A DNA stretch of 64,000 bases from a virus: positions 1 through 64,000 of IMG/VR virus record IMGVR_UViG_3300028837_001424, one strand, 5' to 3'. Positions 1-10,418 of the stretch are shown piece by piece. Made by a program: the position numbers and the translations under genes. A model generated the notes under the pieces. That model saw only the letters and a list, made by a program, of their open reading frames with translations, had not been told where the DNA came from and did no database searches. How positions within the stretch are numbered: the first letter of the stretch is position 1; each line of letters opens with the position of its first letter.

Positions 1-143
1 TTCTCTATACTAGCCGCATACGCCTCAGCGGCTTTCTCCGCGTGGGGATCAGTATCGAGCCTCAGTACTAAGTAAACTGCCTCCGGGTCCACCTCGCTTC
101 CATCTGCTTTTGCGATTATGTACTTCTTAAACAAACCTGCCAT
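1..143 (-). CDS. Small phage hypothetical protein, runs off the window edge
   Basis: Reverse strand reads MAGLFKKYIIAKADGSEVDPEAVYLVLRLDTDPHAEKAAEAYAASIE after a GGAGGTGA RBS. Confidence 0.6.
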   Translation of the reverse strand, partial: MAGLFKKYIIAKADGSEVDPEAVYLVLRLDTDPHAEKAAEAYAASIE

Positions 144-669
144 CGCTCACCTCCGAGGGCTTTGTAATACCATTCTATAAAGCCAACCGGAACAATATTC
201 CACTAATGCCGTTACACCATAAGCCCAGACGCATATCAAACAGAGGACGAACACTCACTCACCTCTTAGGGCTATGGCCCTACAATGCGGACTCCATCAA
301 CCGTCCACTCAATAGCATCATCGAAACTTATTTGATAACCTATCTCTTTCTCGATAGTCCAATCCTCGGATCACTCCTCTTTGTCCACCATGATTACAAC
401 GCTTATTTGCACAATTAAATTGACCTGCTCTTTCATCACTCACCTCCGCTCAATTGCAAATAAAGCCCAATGGCTGATCCAATGATGAAGAAGACACTAC
501 CCAACAAATATGAGCCGAACATTACTACTGTTAGGTTCACTTGTTTAGCTCCTACGGTCTTCATCCATATAGCTCTTTTTGTAGTTGTCCTAAATCATTG
601 GCATTAAATTTGCCGTTAGGATCTTCAATTTCGGTATTGATGGCAGCTTGCATTTTCTCAAGCACAATA

Positions 670-963
670 TCATATACGCCCTTCTCTTTCAAGCTCTGGC
701 TCGATACTCGAACCGGCCCCTTCTTGAATAATTTCGCCATATTTCACCTCATGCCATACTTTATAAATGATCTCAGCGCATTGTCGACAACACGTTCTTG
801 TTTCGAAGACGCCTGTTGTACCCATTGGTCTAGGGGGTAATCGATCGGTCCATACAGCCCAAGAATTGCGATCACATAGAGGATTAGCGCACGGCCTTGA
901 GCGCGAGCCTTTGGGCCAATAATATTTAAGTTGATTCATTTGTTTGAATTCCTTTATTACCAA
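670..963 (-). CDS. Hypothetical Cys-containing protein
   Basis: ORF in a tightly packed leftward array; CxxxxC and CCxxC motifs. Confidence 0.5.
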   Translation of the reverse strand: MVIKEFKQMNQLKYYWPKGSRSRPCANPLCDRNSWAVWTDRLPPRPMGTTGVFETRTCCRQCAEIIYKVWHEVKYGEIIQEGAGSSIEPELEREGRI

Positions 964-1265
964 ATTGTTTTAATTCTTTCAATGATGGCGTTATCTACAA
1001 TGTCTAAGAATATCTCAGTGGCCTCTTTTGGATCTGGCATACAAAGCGCAGATGGGTAATCGAAATTGCAAACCTCGCACCAAATGAATGAGTTATATTC
1101 GCTCCAATGAAGGCGCTCGTCATAATGTTGCCCATCTTCTGACATCATAGGGTATTCGCAGATTGGGCAATGGTAGCCTAATTCACAGGGTTGATCCAGT
1201 ATGATCGCACCCGTCCTACGAAGACCCATGAGACGCGCAGCGCGTTTGTTTTTGGAATGGTCCAT
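957..1265 (-). CDS. Hypothetical Zn-ribbon protein
   Basis: CPIC and CEVC pairs; overlaps the 670-963 ORF and abuts the 1266 ORF. Confidence 0.6.
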   Translation of the reverse strand: MDHSKNKRAARLMGLRRTGAIILDQPCELGYHCPICEYPMMSEDGQHYDERLHWSEYNSFIWCEVCNFDYPSALCMPDPKEATEIFLDIVDNAIIERIKTIW

Positions 1266-1520
1266 TTAATCAATCTCCAAAGCATACTCGTCCCGGAATC
1301 TTGGTAGAAGCGCATGATCATGCGAGACGTGCTTTACGAACTCATCTACGCCAACGCGGGACCATACTCTATAAGCTTCTACCTCGCTTGGAAAACCCTT
1401 AGCCAAACGAGCCGTGTTTTTAGTATCGGCCATCATGATAGCTTGGAACAGAGCAGTATAGAAGTCTCCGCTTTGTCTATATTGATATTCAAGATATTTA
1501 TTAAATCCGTTAGTCATCAC
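1266..1520 (-). CDS. Phage hypothetical protein
   Basis: GGAGGTGA RBS; coupled to the upstream stop. Confidence 0.6.
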   Translation of the reverse strand: MMTNGFNKYLEYQYRQSGDFYTALFQAIMMADTKNTARLAKGFPSEVEAYRVWSRVGVDEFVKHVSHDHALLPRFRDEYALEID

Positions 1521-1753
1521 TCACCTCCGATGGCTTCAAAATTATTTAGCCAGTTATACAGATAATTATCGGCAATCGCCCCCATTGTTGCGCCGCACTT
1601 TATGACTGCAATCAACGTCTCATTCTCAGCTTCGAGTTGCTTGGCATATTGAGCAATGTCGGCAAGGATATTGGCGCTTGATAACACCGCTCCTCTTGGC
1701 TTTTTTTCGGCGGACTCAATTGTAAGCTTGTACTTTTCAAGTGGGGTGGTCAT
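1517..1753 (-). CDS. Hypothetical protein
   Basis: Coupled ORF ending AIGGE*. Confidence 0.55.
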   Translation of the reverse strand: MTTPLEKYKLTIESAEKKPRGAVLSSANILADIAQYAKQLEAENETLIAVIKCGATMGAIADNYLYNWLNNFEAIGGE

Positions 1754-1938
1754 TTCTCGTCCCTTATCACGGTACTTTTAAGTCTCTTCAGTTTTAGAAC
1801 ACTAAAGTATTCAATAGCCAGACCGCTCGCCTGATCATAATCTTCATCTGTTCTGGCGGTGCGTGCGGCCACTATAAATGCTGTCTCTGCCTCGTTTGCT
1901 CGCTTCTCTAAATCAATCATTTGACTCTGTCTTTCCAC
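1750..1938 (-). CDS. Hypothetical protein
   Basis: ATGA overlap with the next ORF. Confidence 0.45.
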   Translation of the reverse strand: MERQSQMIDLEKRANEAETAFIVAARTARTDEDYDQASGLAIEYFSVLKLKRLKSTVIRDEK

Positions 1939-2283
1939 TCTATTCCATCATGGGGGATCGGCATAAAACCTGGATATTCTTTATCCAATCTTGCTAAGAT
2001 ACGTGCGGCTTGCGCTTGGGCAGACATGAATTGCTCACTCTCCAAAGGATGATCAAATACGATTTTATGAATAGGAAGAACGCACGCCTTGCTACATAGC
2101 TCTATAAGCTCTAATATCTCTTGAATGGTTAGCTCTAGTGTCTTTCCGCCTTTGCGTCTAGGTCATCCAGGAACTTGTTATATCGGTGTGTCCAGGTAAC
2201 GCACATAGCCATACACATTGGAATACCTATCCAATATCCAAACCACGAGGCGACGGCAAGCATGTCTAAAAATGTATAATCGT

Positions 2284-2559
2284 TCATGATGATTCCTTGC
2301 CTATTTCAATTGTCGGCCTAATCAATGTGTTGTGGATTTCACTAACTGGAAGGTCCATCAGAGTTTTAGCAATAGCATGAGCACTATGTTTCATGTTTGT
2401 ATCTGCTCGGGCTAAGCTTACTTGATCATTATAGAGTGCCCATAACAATCTAGAACCCTCTTTGTTGTCCCCGCACTTATCAATCTTGTATGCTAGTGCT
2501 AGATGGAACGCAAGCACAAAGATTGTGTTACGCGTCTTAATTGGATTGTTTGCGATCAT
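2284..2559 (-). CDS. Hypothetical protein (start revised to MIANNP)
   Basis: AAGGAG RBS and a sigma70 promoter directly upstream of the ATG at 2559. Confidence 0.6.
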   Translation of the reverse strand: MIANNPIKTRNTIFVLAFHLALAYKIDKCGDNKEGSRLLWALYNDQVSLARADTNMKHSAHAIAKTLMDLPVSEIHNTLIRPTIEIGKESS

Positions 2560-2581
2560 GGTGTCTCCTTCATATGACACA

Positions 2582-2610
2582 AGCATACCGTAGAAGGAAC
2601 AGTACGTCAA
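2582..2610 (-). promoter_or_regulatory. Sigma70-type early promoter (TGTTCC spacer family)
   Basis: TTGACG-17nt-TATGCT on the minus strand. Confidence 0.65.
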
Positions 2611-2611
2611 G

Positions 2612-2809
2612 TTACCTTGGTACCATATGTTTTTTAGGCATTTCATCATAAGTTTGACCTTCAAGCAGTCGGCCACCCCAGGCACCATCAATCTTTGACC
2701 TACCTCCAAATTGTTTATAGAAGAAAGAAACATGTGCTTCTGCACACTCATCGCGCAGATCCGTAATCCATCTTATTTTAGGAAGCCGGATATTGTAGCG
2801 TCGGTCCAT
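2612..2809 (-). pseudogene. C-terminal fragment of a DUF5131 (phage Gp37/Gp68) protein
   Basis: WITDLRDECAEAHVSFFYKQFGG...GRLLEGQTYDEMP matches the DUF5131 C-terminus; the N-terminal part is absent. Confidence 0.65.
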
Positions 2810-2824
2810 TCGATTGCGCTGGTT

Positions 2825-3094
2825 TTAGCCATCGTCTAGCTCATTGATCCAGTCCCATATATTCTCGCCAAAAACAGCTATCATCGCCGCCTCATAAACC
2901 CAACAACAGATGTCTTTTACGCCGCGCCCTTCTTTCATCAAGTGATCTATCTGTTCATTACAAGAATTGATTACACTTGACCAATCTTTTTCGGCAAGCT
3001 CTTTTGGTTTATTGGCCAGCCTATTGGCTTGTTCGCGACGTTCAATCTCTTCTTCTAATTGTTCTCTTGTGTATTTGTAAAGGCCTTTTGGCAT
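2825..3094 (-). CDS. Hypothetical protein (start revised to MPKGLY)
   Basis: GGAG RBS and promoter upstream. Confidence 0.6.
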   Translation of the reverse strand: MPKGLYKYTREQLEEEIERREQANRLANKPKELAEKDWSSVINSCNEQIDHLMKEGRGVKDICCWVYEAAMIAVFGENIWDWINELDDG

Positions 3095-3119
3095 TATAAT
3101 TTCTCCATCGATTAAAGCA

Positions 3120-3148
3120 ACTATACCAAAAAAGGAACAAGGCGTCAA
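3120..3148 (-). promoter_or_regulatory. Sigma70-type early promoter (TGTTCC spacer family)
   Basis: TTGACG-17nt-TATAGT on the minus strand. Confidence 0.65.
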
Positions 3149-3201
3149 GGGAACATTTAGGCTCAATACCATATGACTTTAACAACCTGATGACACCCCA
3201 T

Positions 3202-3230
3202 TTGCGCGAAGTCCTAAATAATAGTAGAAT
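3202..3230 (+). promoter_or_regulatory. Sigma70-type promoter for gmd
   Basis: TTGCGC-17nt-TAGAAT, followed by a GGAGGT RBS. Confidence 0.55.
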
Positions 3231-3248
3231 AGGTCAGCGGAGGTAAAA

Positions 3249-5219
3249 ATGTCCAAGTCAAGAGCATTAATTACGGGGTGTACTGGACAAGACGGTTCGT
3301 ATCTGGCCGAGTTTTTATTAAAGAAGGGCTACAAGGTTTATGGGATGGAGCGCCGACATTCAACGGCACATCAAGAAAACATAAAAGGCATAATAGATCA
3401 CCCGAATTTTGAGACAATATACGGTGATATGACTGACGCTGTTTCGCTTTCTATGGTGCTAATTGCAACGCAGCCCGAAGAAATCTATAATCTCGCTGCG
3501 CAGTCATTTGTTCATCTGTCCTGGACTCAACCATGGCTTACTAACCAGGTGAATTATCTGGGCTTCATAAATCTATTAGAGGCTATGAAGAAACAAGTCC
3601 CCGACTCCAAGATTTATCAGGCGTCCTCGTCTGAGATGTTTGGCAATCAGCCGGCACCGCAGGATGAGGAAACTCAGATGACGCCCAGATCCCCATATGG
3701 TGTTTCTAAGTTGGCCAGTCACAGGATAGCGCGTGTTTATCGAGAAAGCTTTGATATGTTCATCGCGTGCGGGATCTGTTTTAATCATGAGTGCATATCA
3801 GCAAAAACACCGTTGCTTGTTCGCCTTGATGGGGAAATAGATGTTTTATCTGCGTCAGAAATTGCACCATATTCGGAAAAAAGAAAGGGCAAATCGAGCA
3901 TAGGCTTTTCTGTAAATGGGAAAGAAGTCTGGGATGGCCTAAAGTGGGCAAAAATAAAGGCAATAACAGCGACGCATAGAAAAGAATCAGATTTCAATCA
4001 TAGGATAATTCGTATTCAAACTCGATCTGGCGTCATTGAAACTACGGCACATCACAACATGATTACAAAAGAAGGCATCATAAAAAGGTCAGACAAGTGT
4101 CGGGTTGGCGAAGAAATGATGGTATCATCCTCTTGGCCCGAAGCGCCATCACTTACAATTGCATCAGATGAGATGGCCGAATTTCTAGGACTGATGGTAG
4201 CAGACGGTTATGTTGCAAAGGATGGTAGCGGTGCTAAGTATACAAAAAATGACAATGAAATGCGTAGCCAACTTAGCTCTTTATGGTCCAGACTATTCGT
4301 GGGGAAGACAAGAGAATGGGGTGGCACATCGGGCTTTGGAGACAGTCGGGTTTGTCAACTAAGCCTCCACGGAAATGTTCCAGCTAACAAGTATATACGT
4401 TCCCAGATTTATGATAAAGAAGGCTTTAAAATAGTGCCTAGATTGATCTTGAATGCCAGTGAAAGAATTCAAAAGATATTTTTTAATGCCTATTATAGAG
4501 GGGACGGTACGAAAGCGGGAAATATGGAGTGTATAACAACGAATAGTCCAAAGCTAATGCTTGGACTATTATATCTGGCGAGACGCATTGCATCTATATA
4601 TTTTGATAGAACTATTGCAGATAAGCCGTTTTATAGAGCCAATTTACTCAAAGATCCAAGTCACCCACGGGTAAAGGAACGTGGCGAAATATTAAATATT
4701 GACGACGGTGAAGATTGCAACTGGGTTTTTGATTTGGAGACCGACAGTTCTCAATTTATGGCTGGCATAGGAACGGTTATAATAAAAAATAGCCCTCGCC
4801 GTGGTATTGAGTTTGTCACTCGCAAGATCGCCCGTGCGGCTGCTCAATTCGCAAAGGGAATAAGGACTGCCGATAAGCCATTGAGCCTTGGCAATATTGA
4901 AGCCTATCGGGACTGGGGTTATGCGCCCGACTATGTAGAGGCAATGTGGCTCATGCTTCAACAGGATCATCCCAACGATTATGTGTTGGCCACTGGTGAA
5001 AAACACAGCGTAGGTGAATTCTTAGATGCGGCGTTTGAACAGGTTGATGTGCGTATTCCAGGCCATGTGTGTATCGGTGAAGCAGAACACATGAGGCCCG
5101 CAGAGGTACATGACCTATTGGGCGACGCATCAAAGGCCAAAGGCAAATTGGGCTGGCAACCCAAAACCAGTTTCAAGCAGCTTGTCGAGATCATGGTCAA
5201 CGCGGAGTTGGAGAAGTGA
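3249..5219 (+). CDS. gmd: GDP-mannose 4,6-dehydratase, intein-containing
   Basis: ITGCTGQDGSYLAE, YNLAAQSFV, YQASSSEMFG, SPYGVSK, FNHE|SPRRG, RDWGYAPDYV motifs. Confidence 0.95.
   Translation: MSKSRALITGCTGQDGSYLAEFLLKKGYKVYGMERRHSTAHQENIKGIIDHPNFETIYGDMTDAVSLSMVLIATQPEEIYNLAAQSFVHLSWTQPWLTNQVNYLGFINLLEAMKKQVPDSKIYQASSSEMFGNQPAPQDEETQMTPRSPYGVSKLASHRIARVYRESFDMFIACGICFNHECISAKTPLLVRLDGEIDVLSASEIAPYSEKRKGKSSIGFSVNGKEVWDGLKWAKIKAITATHRKESDFNHRIIRIQTRSGVIETTAHHNMITKEGIIKRSDKCRVGEEMMVSSSWPEAPSLTIASDEMAEFLGLMVADGYVAKDGSGAKYTKNDNEMRSQLSSLWSRLFVGKTREWGGTSGFGDSRVCQLSLHGNVPANKYIRSQIYDKEGFKIVPRLILNASERIQKIFFNAYYRGDGTKAGNMECITTNSPKLMLGLLYLARRIASIYFDRTIADKPFYRANLLKDPSHPRVKERGEILNIDDGEDCNWVFDLETDSSQFMAGIGTVIIKNSPRRGIEFVTRKIARAAAQFAKGIRTADKPLSLGNIEAYRDWGYAPDYVEAMWLMLQQDHPNDYVLATGEKHSVGEFLDAAFEQVDVRIPGHVCIGEAEHMRPAEVHDLLGDASKAKGKLGWQPKTSFKQLVEIMVNAELEK
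3792..4790 (+). mobile_element. Intein (333 aa) with LAGLIDADG-type homing endonuclease, in Gmd
   Basis: Starts CISAKTP; block B TTAHH; FLGLMVADG; ends VFDLET...IIKN before Ser; removal restores NHESPRRG. Confidence 0.9.
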
Positions 5220-5222
5220 AAT

Positions 5223-5251
5223 TTGCTAACTGTACCGAAATCATGTATACT
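5223..5251 (+). promoter_or_regulatory. Sigma70-type promoter
   Basis: TTGCTA-17nt-TATACT. Confidence 0.5.
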
Positions 5252-5337
5252 AAATGGCAGAAAGATAGTCGGCGTCACAGTCGACTGATTACGATAGAAA
5301 TGCAGATAAAAAATAGAAAGAAAGGAGGTACCAGATA

Positions 5338-5655
5338 ATGTTCGTCAAGCTAGTTCGCTCAGCAAATCCCCCCGATGTGTGCTTACTCGAATGTGTATCA
5401 GCAAGAATAATAGTTCGTATTCTTGAACATGACGAGGAGACTGCGTCAGACTGGGTAGACTGGGACCGTCACGAAGTAACAGGTTCCGCCGACCCACCTT
5501 ACATACCCTTTGGTTTACCGGAACGTGTGGCAAAGGGGACAAAAGTCGTTAAGGTCAAATTGGAAGGGCCTAACGTCGTCTCCAGTACAGTTATGGCTAA
5601 CAATGTTGATGTTTACCTGATGACCGATGACGGGAAAACTATCGATAAGTGTTAG
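5338..5655 (+). CDS. Hypothetical protein
   Basis: Strong AGGAGGT RBS; C-terminal YLMTDDGKTIDK. Confidence 0.65.
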   Translation: MFVKLVRSANPPDVCLLECVSARIIVRILEHDEETASDWVDWDRHEVTGSADPPYIPFGLPERVAKGTKVVKVKLEGPNVVSSTVMANNVDVYLMTDDGKTIDKC

Positions 5656-5694
5656 CCAGTAATTGATTAGCCGACTGTCTTTCTAAGGAGGTAG

Positions 5695-6807
5695 ATGCGA
5701 ATGGATGAGATAATAGAAAAAAACAATAAGGAATCAATGCCAAATGAGCTTGCGGAATACAATAAAATAGCATCGATTATTGAGGGCGCAGAGCCACATG
5801 AGCGAGCAGATATTGATGCTAAGCTGTCAGTGATTGCGAAGATTGCCAAGAAAGTTGGGGCCGATAAAGAAAAACAGGACAAGATTGCAAAGGAAAGAAT
5901 ACGCAATCTTGTACTGATGGGCAATGATTTAGATTGGCTGAGAGAGCAGGGGGTTATAGTAGAAGGCAGACCAAAAACTAGTACCCAGCGTACTAGTTTA
6001 TCAGATATAGCCCCCAAGAAATTACAAGTATGGGCTGACGAACTCAATGATTGGCCAGACGAAGATCTTAATCAATATATAGCCAAGTTGATGGCTAGCG
6101 AGACAAACGATCTCACTGTGAAGGGGGCATACAGAGAGGCTCGCCGATTTCGACTCGATAAAATGCGCAAAGAGGTGGAACTAGAGCCGTATAATCTTGG
6201 CAATGACGTGAAGTTATTCAACGACGATTTCCGAAATGTTTTGCCACAATTAGAGAATGGCATCAGTCCGCTTGTATTTACAGATCCGCCATATGGTAAA
6301 GATTTTATTTCCCTATATGGCGACTTGGCAGAATTGGCCGTGCCATTACTAAGCGATGGAGGTAGCGTAATGGCATATGCGGGACACTATGCCATGTTTT
6401 CAATTTTGAATCGAATGCGGGAACACTTGCGATTTTGGTGGTTACTGGCCATAAAGCATACGGGCGGGGCCAGAAGATTTCAGGGCAAAGATGTGCGCAT
6501 ACACTGGAAACCTGTTGTTTGGTTTGTAAAAGGCACGCGCGGCACCAATGATTTCGTTGACGATTTGGTGGTTTCAACACCGCCAGATAAGGAATTACAG
6601 GAATGGGAACAAAGCACAACTGAAGCAGAGTATTACATTAAGATACTAAGTAATCCTGGGGATTGGATTGTTGATCCCATGATGGGTTCTGGCACAACGG
6701 GAGTAGCGGCACTCAAACTAGGGCGCAGATTTATTGGGATTGAGATTGACGAGCAACGATTTACTGTTGCGCATAATAGAATAGGCAAATGGCTAAACCA
6801 AGGGTAG
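5695..6807 (+). CDS. DNA amino-methyltransferase (N6_N4_Mtase, beta class) with N-terminal helical extension
   Basis: TDPPY catalytic motif precedes [13 protein letters not shown] motif and GIEID. Confidence 0.88.
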   Translation: MRMDEIIEKNNKESMPNELAEYNKIASIIEGAEPHERADIDAKLSVIAKIAKKVGADKEKQDKIAKERIRNLVLMGNDLDWLREQGVIVEGRPKTSTQRTSLSDIAPKKLQVWADELNDWPDEDLNQYIAKLMASETNDLTVKGAYREARRFRLDKMRKEVELEPYNLGNDVKLFNDDFRNVLPQLENGISPLVFTDPPYGKDFISLYGDLAELAVPLLSDGGSVMAYAGHYAMFSILNRMREHLRFWWLLAIKHTGGARRFQGKDVRIHWKPVVWFVKGTRGTNDFVDDLVVSTPPDKELQEWEQSTTEAEYYIKILSNPGDWIVDPMMGSGTTGVAALKLGRRFIGIEIDEQRFTVAHNRIGKWLNQG

Positions 6808-7430
6808 ATTGGGAACCACATTCGGAATTACAAAAGGACATCAAAGAATTTTGCGAGAGCGTAGGATTTCTTGTTGGCGAAATGACCTATCATGAATCTC
6901 TACCTAAAGAGGTAATTGATAGACTGCGAAGAGTTTACACTTTGCAATCTCTTATTGTTAGAACTAGATCTGACATTGTTGCGGTTCATAAAGAAATTCA
7001 ATTAGCAATTGACTTGGAACCGAAAACCCATATGAGTAGGGACAAACACGATATAACGATTGAGGCACTGCCGCTGATAATGCATATCCGAGAGGGAGGG
7101 CAGTGTTTGTATTGCTACCGAGATCCCTTTGACCGACTAAGCGATGCAGGATGGTGGACAAATAATATGCCAATGCCCAGAGTACTGTTAATGCCAAAGA
7201 GATATGTTGATATGGGCAAGCCAGTCGTCGAATGGTTTGATGATTCATCGCAAGAGTTATTTTCAGATACACCCGTCGTTTTGATGGACCGCAATTTTCC
7301 TGACGGCTCAAATGACCCCTTCTATATCATAGACGAAGAAGATAAGAAAAAGATGTCGGATTGGAAGAGTCTGATCTCAGCCAAAATGAAGAACACAGAT
7401 TGGCGTAATAAATGCTCGGCTGGCTTGTAA
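6789..7430 (+). CDS. Hypothetical protein, possibly PD-(D/E)XK fold
   Basis: Overlaps the MTase; SD...LEPK spacing only. Confidence 0.5.
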   Translation: MAKPRVDWEPHSELQKDIKEFCESVGFLVGEMTYHESLPKEVIDRLRRVYTLQSLIVRTRSDIVAVHKEIQLAIDLEPKTHMSRDKHDITIEALPLIMHIREGGQCLYCYRDPFDRLSDAGWWTNNMPMPRVLLMPKRYVDMGKPVVEWFDDSSQELFSDTPVVLMDRNFPDGSNDPFYIIDEEDKKKMSDWKSLISAKMKNTDWRNKCSAGL

Positions 7431-7636
7431 CTGGCTTTTGGTGGCTTATCTATACGATACATACCATAAAGCATCGTAAGCGGAACACGATCAGCGGGCA
7501 GTGGTGGATCTGGCGCGAGCATGACAGAATAAGCGCATGGATAATCTGGCTGTTTATTACATGGCACTTCATGGTTAGGGGGCCTGAGGATAAAATACGC
7601 AAAAGGAGTATGGGATCATGGACGCAAAACCAATAA
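7412..7636 (+). CDS. Small Trp-rich membrane protein
   Basis: Two hydrophobic segments. Confidence 0.5.
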   Translation: MLGWLVTGFWWLIYTIHTIKHRKRNTISGQWWIWREHDRISAWIIWLFITWHFMVRGPEDKIRKRSMGSWTQNQ

Positions 7637-7923
7637 GATATACTGGAGTTAGGGTTACTTGGCGCGATTCAATTATCTTGGAGTTTCAATGGAGATCGGT
7701 CAATTTTTATAAGGATAGGGCCAAAGAGCTTGGAGCAATAGAACACTCAACCGTTGGCTACCTAGTTGATGAAAATGATGACTATGTGCTTGTTTCGCTT
7801 TGTATGAGACCTGATGGAGCAATGATGGAGGCAATTACTATTCCAAGGCTCGCAATCATCGAAATGGTAGAGCTTGAAATAGGAAGGAAAAGAGAATGGT
7901 CAGGAAAAAATGAAACTAATTGA
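7618..7923 (+). CDS. Phage hypothetical protein
   Basis: VTWRDS...STVGYLVDE...ITIPR pattern common in phage ORFs. Confidence 0.6.
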   Translation: MDAKPIRYTGVRVTWRDSIILEFQWRSVNFYKDRAKELGAIEHSTVGYLVDENDDYVLVSLCMRPDGAMMEAITIPRLAIIEMVELEIGRKREWSGKNETN

Positions 7924-8347
7924 GAGATTAGGCAAGCTATGGCACATCGCTGAGGATAATAAAATGACATCCAAACCAGAGTTTACTTTATCGGAAGCTG
8001 CAAAAGAGAGAATTCGCAAGCGAGGCGAAGAATTAAGGCATCGATATGACTGGTGGCACCACATGAATCCCATCAGGCGTTTCCTGCTACGTTGTGCTAG
8101 GCTGTTTATCAAGTATAATGGACAGACACAAGCCGAGGACACACAATGCTTCATCGATTGCGATTGTGGCAATAATATGTCGATCGGTGACGGGTGGATT
8201 ACTTGGTGTCCATATTGTGGGCGAGGCTACAGCACAGACTTTGTTGTTTATTGCTACCCGCCTACATTGAAGTGGAAACCAGAGCGCCCCGAAATTGCCA
8301 AGCAGGGTGCGCAGATGAATATGCAGGAACATAGCGAAAATAACTAA
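7910..8347 (+). CDS. Hypothetical Zn-ribbon protein
   Basis: CDCG...CPYCG. Confidence 0.55.
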   Translation: MKLIERLGKLWHIAEDNKMTSKPEFTLSEAAKERIRKRGEELRHRYDWWHHMNPIRRFLLRCARLFIKYNGQTQAEDTQCFIDCDCGNNMSIGDGWITWCPYCGRGYSTDFVVYCYPPTLKWKPERPEIAKQGAQMNMQEHSENN

Positions 8348-8354
8348 AACTAAT

Positions 8355-9140
8355 ATGCCCAAGGTAAAAGTCTTCCCAACGCCGGCACAGGCGAAGATCC
8401 TGCAAGCCCTGCACGATTACGAGGGTCTTCATATTGTCTATTTTCCACATGACACAGGTCGAAGTTACGCCGAATGGGGCTGCGATGGTGGTTGGCGGGC
8501 CGAGGCGCAAGCAACCAAGAAGTATGGCAAGCCTAGGGCCAGCACTATCCGTAAAATGTTTAGAGAAGGCTGGCTTGGTCACAAGAGCGAGGATCAAAGG
8601 TTCGAGCTTTGGCTTACAGACATAGGCGAGGAAGTACGCGCTCAGCTTACCCCAGAGCATTTCTACAGCCAAACCAAGGGAATGGCCACATGGCAGGTAA
8701 TCGATGCGCTCAAGAGGCGTCACCAGCAACCAGAGTGGATATTTGTTGAAGAATTGCGTCTTGGCACAGGTTACGGTAGAATGAACATACCAGGTCACTC
8801 TAAGGCAGTTACACACGAGCAACGTATTGATGCATTTGTTTTGAATTGCTATCCATCTCGAAAGAACGAACGATGGGCATACGAGATCAAGGTCTCGCGG
8901 GGAGATTTTATACACGAGTTGAAGCAACCCGACAAACGAGTAGGCGCGATGCATATAAGTAATCGCTTTTACTTTGCCGCACCTGAGGGGTTGATCAAGA
9001 CTGAAGAGCTACCCGACATGTGCGGATTAATGGAAGTACGCGGCGACACAACCCGAATTGTCGTAAAGGCACCCTGGCGGGAGTCTTGCGATCCATACTG
9101 GCCCTTAGTCGCGGCAATTGGCCGGTCATTGTTAAAATGA
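8355..9140 (+). CDS. MmcB-like PD-(D/E)XK nuclease-fold protein
   Basis: RIDA...YEIKVSRGDF..E...PDK...FYFAAP...ELP..CGL. Confidence 0.75.
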   Translation: MPKVKVFPTPAQAKILQALHDYEGLHIVYFPHDTGRSYAEWGCDGGWRAEAQATKKYGKPRASTIRKMFREGWLGHKSEDQRFELWLTDIGEEVRAQLTPEHFYSQTKGMATWQVIDALKRRHQQPEWIFVEELRLGTGYGRMNIPGHSKAVTHEQRIDAFVLNCYPSRKNERWAYEIKVSRGDFIHELKQPDKRVGAMHISNRFYFAAPEGLIKTEELPDMCGLMEVRGDTTRIVVKAPWRESCDPYWPLVAAIGRSLLK

Positions 9141-9146
9141 ATCGAA

Positions 9147-9728
9147 ATGACCGTAGTACCAACACAATATGATTTTATTGAACCCATCGATCTCCTAGAC
9201 GCCGAGAACAGGCAGATTTTACTCATTGAGCAGATCCAGGATATCGAGATGCAGCTTAGCGATGTCGCAAAGATCGACAAGGATACTGGACAGCTTTTAC
9301 CTAAGCCGGCATATGAAAGTTGGAGGCGAAGCGCGCGCTTTGCGCTCAAAATCAAAAAGGCCGAATATAGCTATTTGGGGCGATGGGTAAAGAGGCGTAA
9401 AGAAGAGTGGAGGGCAAAGTCTATTATGCACGCCATCGCTGACCCGTCGACGCCTGACGGTTTAATCATGGCAGCTTTTCGAATATTCAAGCGTAGTTTC
9501 CAGGACGGTATTTCGCCGTTTATCAGAACCGAAGATGAGCAGGCAGTTGTAGATGGTATGCGGGATTATCTTGAAGGTCGTGATTGTACGCCCATAATGC
9601 GTCTACGCGAGACGTTGAAAAAGGCGATGCCTTTGATCGTTGAATGCTGGAATGATCAGGAATTGCCAGAGGCAATAGGCGAGTTGAAGGAGCTATCTAG
9701 TGCTAGCAGTTGGGATAAGGGTCAATGA
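9147..9728 (+). CDS. Hypothetical protein
   Basis: 193-aa ORF in the operon. Confidence 0.6.
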   Translation: MTVVPTQYDFIEPIDLLDAENRQILLIEQIQDIEMQLSDVAKIDKDTGQLLPKPAYESWRRSARFALKIKKAEYSYLGRWVKRRKEEWRAKSIMHAIADPSTPDGLIMAAFRIFKRSFQDGISPFIRTEDEQAVVDGMRDYLEGRDCTPIMRLRETLKKAMPLIVECWNDQELPEAIGELKELSSASSWDKGQ

Positions 9729-9796
9729 TCGAACTATAGGTTGTATTGAAATTATACAGGTAGGGAAAATACGTCGCTCAGCCTCAAGGCTCTTAA

Positions 9797-10027
9797 GGAA
9801 GGTTATTTAGAGAACAAGGCGGTCAATGTGCCATTTGCGGTAGCTTGACGAAGGATGTTCTTTATCTAGATCATGATCATGAAACCGGAAAACTTCGTGG
9901 ATTGCTTTGCCAAAAATGCAATAGCGGGTTGGGTATATTGGGGGATACGAAAGAGATTTTGGAGAGGGCTTTAAGATATGTCGAAAACGCAAAACAAAGA
10001 ACCGACTTGCCCACATTGCGCAGTTAA
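9797..10027 (+). pseudogene. Endonuclease VII-like (His-Me finger) gene, 5' part disrupted
   Basis: In frame: LFREQGGQCAICG...LDHDHETGKLRGLLCQKCNSGLG; an in-frame TAA lies at 9794-9796 with no start codon before CxxC. Confidence 0.65.
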
Positions 10028-10418
10028 AATTTCGGAGCATCCTGAGTCTCGCTGTTTAGATGCGTGGGAGGCTGAGGCCGTGATGGGGCTGGAAGTTTAT
10101 ATGTCGCACGAGGAATATTTGAAGTCTGGCTCTCCTCACGCACAATACTGGAATTCCGCTGTTCATTATCCCGCCTACTGGTGGAACGAGGGTTGGGCAA
10201 TGTCTGTTGCCCCTTACTCCACCGACATCACCGCAGCGTGGCAGGTGGAGGAGAAGATAGAAGAACTCAAATTGAAAACAAGATATGTGCAAGCTCTGCT
10301 CTCAGGAATGTTAGTTATGGATATAGAAATAAACAGCGACGAGGAAACATGGTGGCTATTGGCACACGCCAGTCCTCTTGACCGTAGCCGAGCAGCGATA
10401 AAGGCCCATGGAGGCTAA
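9978..10418 (+). CDS. Phage ABA-sandwich-like protein
   Basis: LDAWEAEAVMG...PYSTDITAAWQVEEK...SPLDRSRAAI. Confidence 0.65.
   Translation: MSKTQNKEPTCPHCAVKISEHPESRCLDAWEAEAVMGLEVYMSHEEYLKSGSPHAQYWNSAVHYPAYWWNEGWAMSVAPYSTDITAAWQVEEKIEELKLKTRYVQALLSGMLVMDIEINSDEETWWLLAHASPLDRSRAAIKAHGG

Noticed and set aside
5264-5679. Inverted repeats (GATAGTCGGC / GCCGACTGTC) around ORF 5338 as a mobile element
   Set aside because: Only 9/10 bp match, with no transposase or target-site duplication.
5695-7430. Complete type II restriction-modification system
   Set aside because: ORF 6789 shows only a weak D...ExK spacing, which is not enough to call an endonuclease.
8262-8954. Long minus-strand ORFs within the plus-strand operons (e.g. 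230 aa here, 172 aa at 39659)
   Set aside because: They are antisense shadows of well-supported plus-strand genes.
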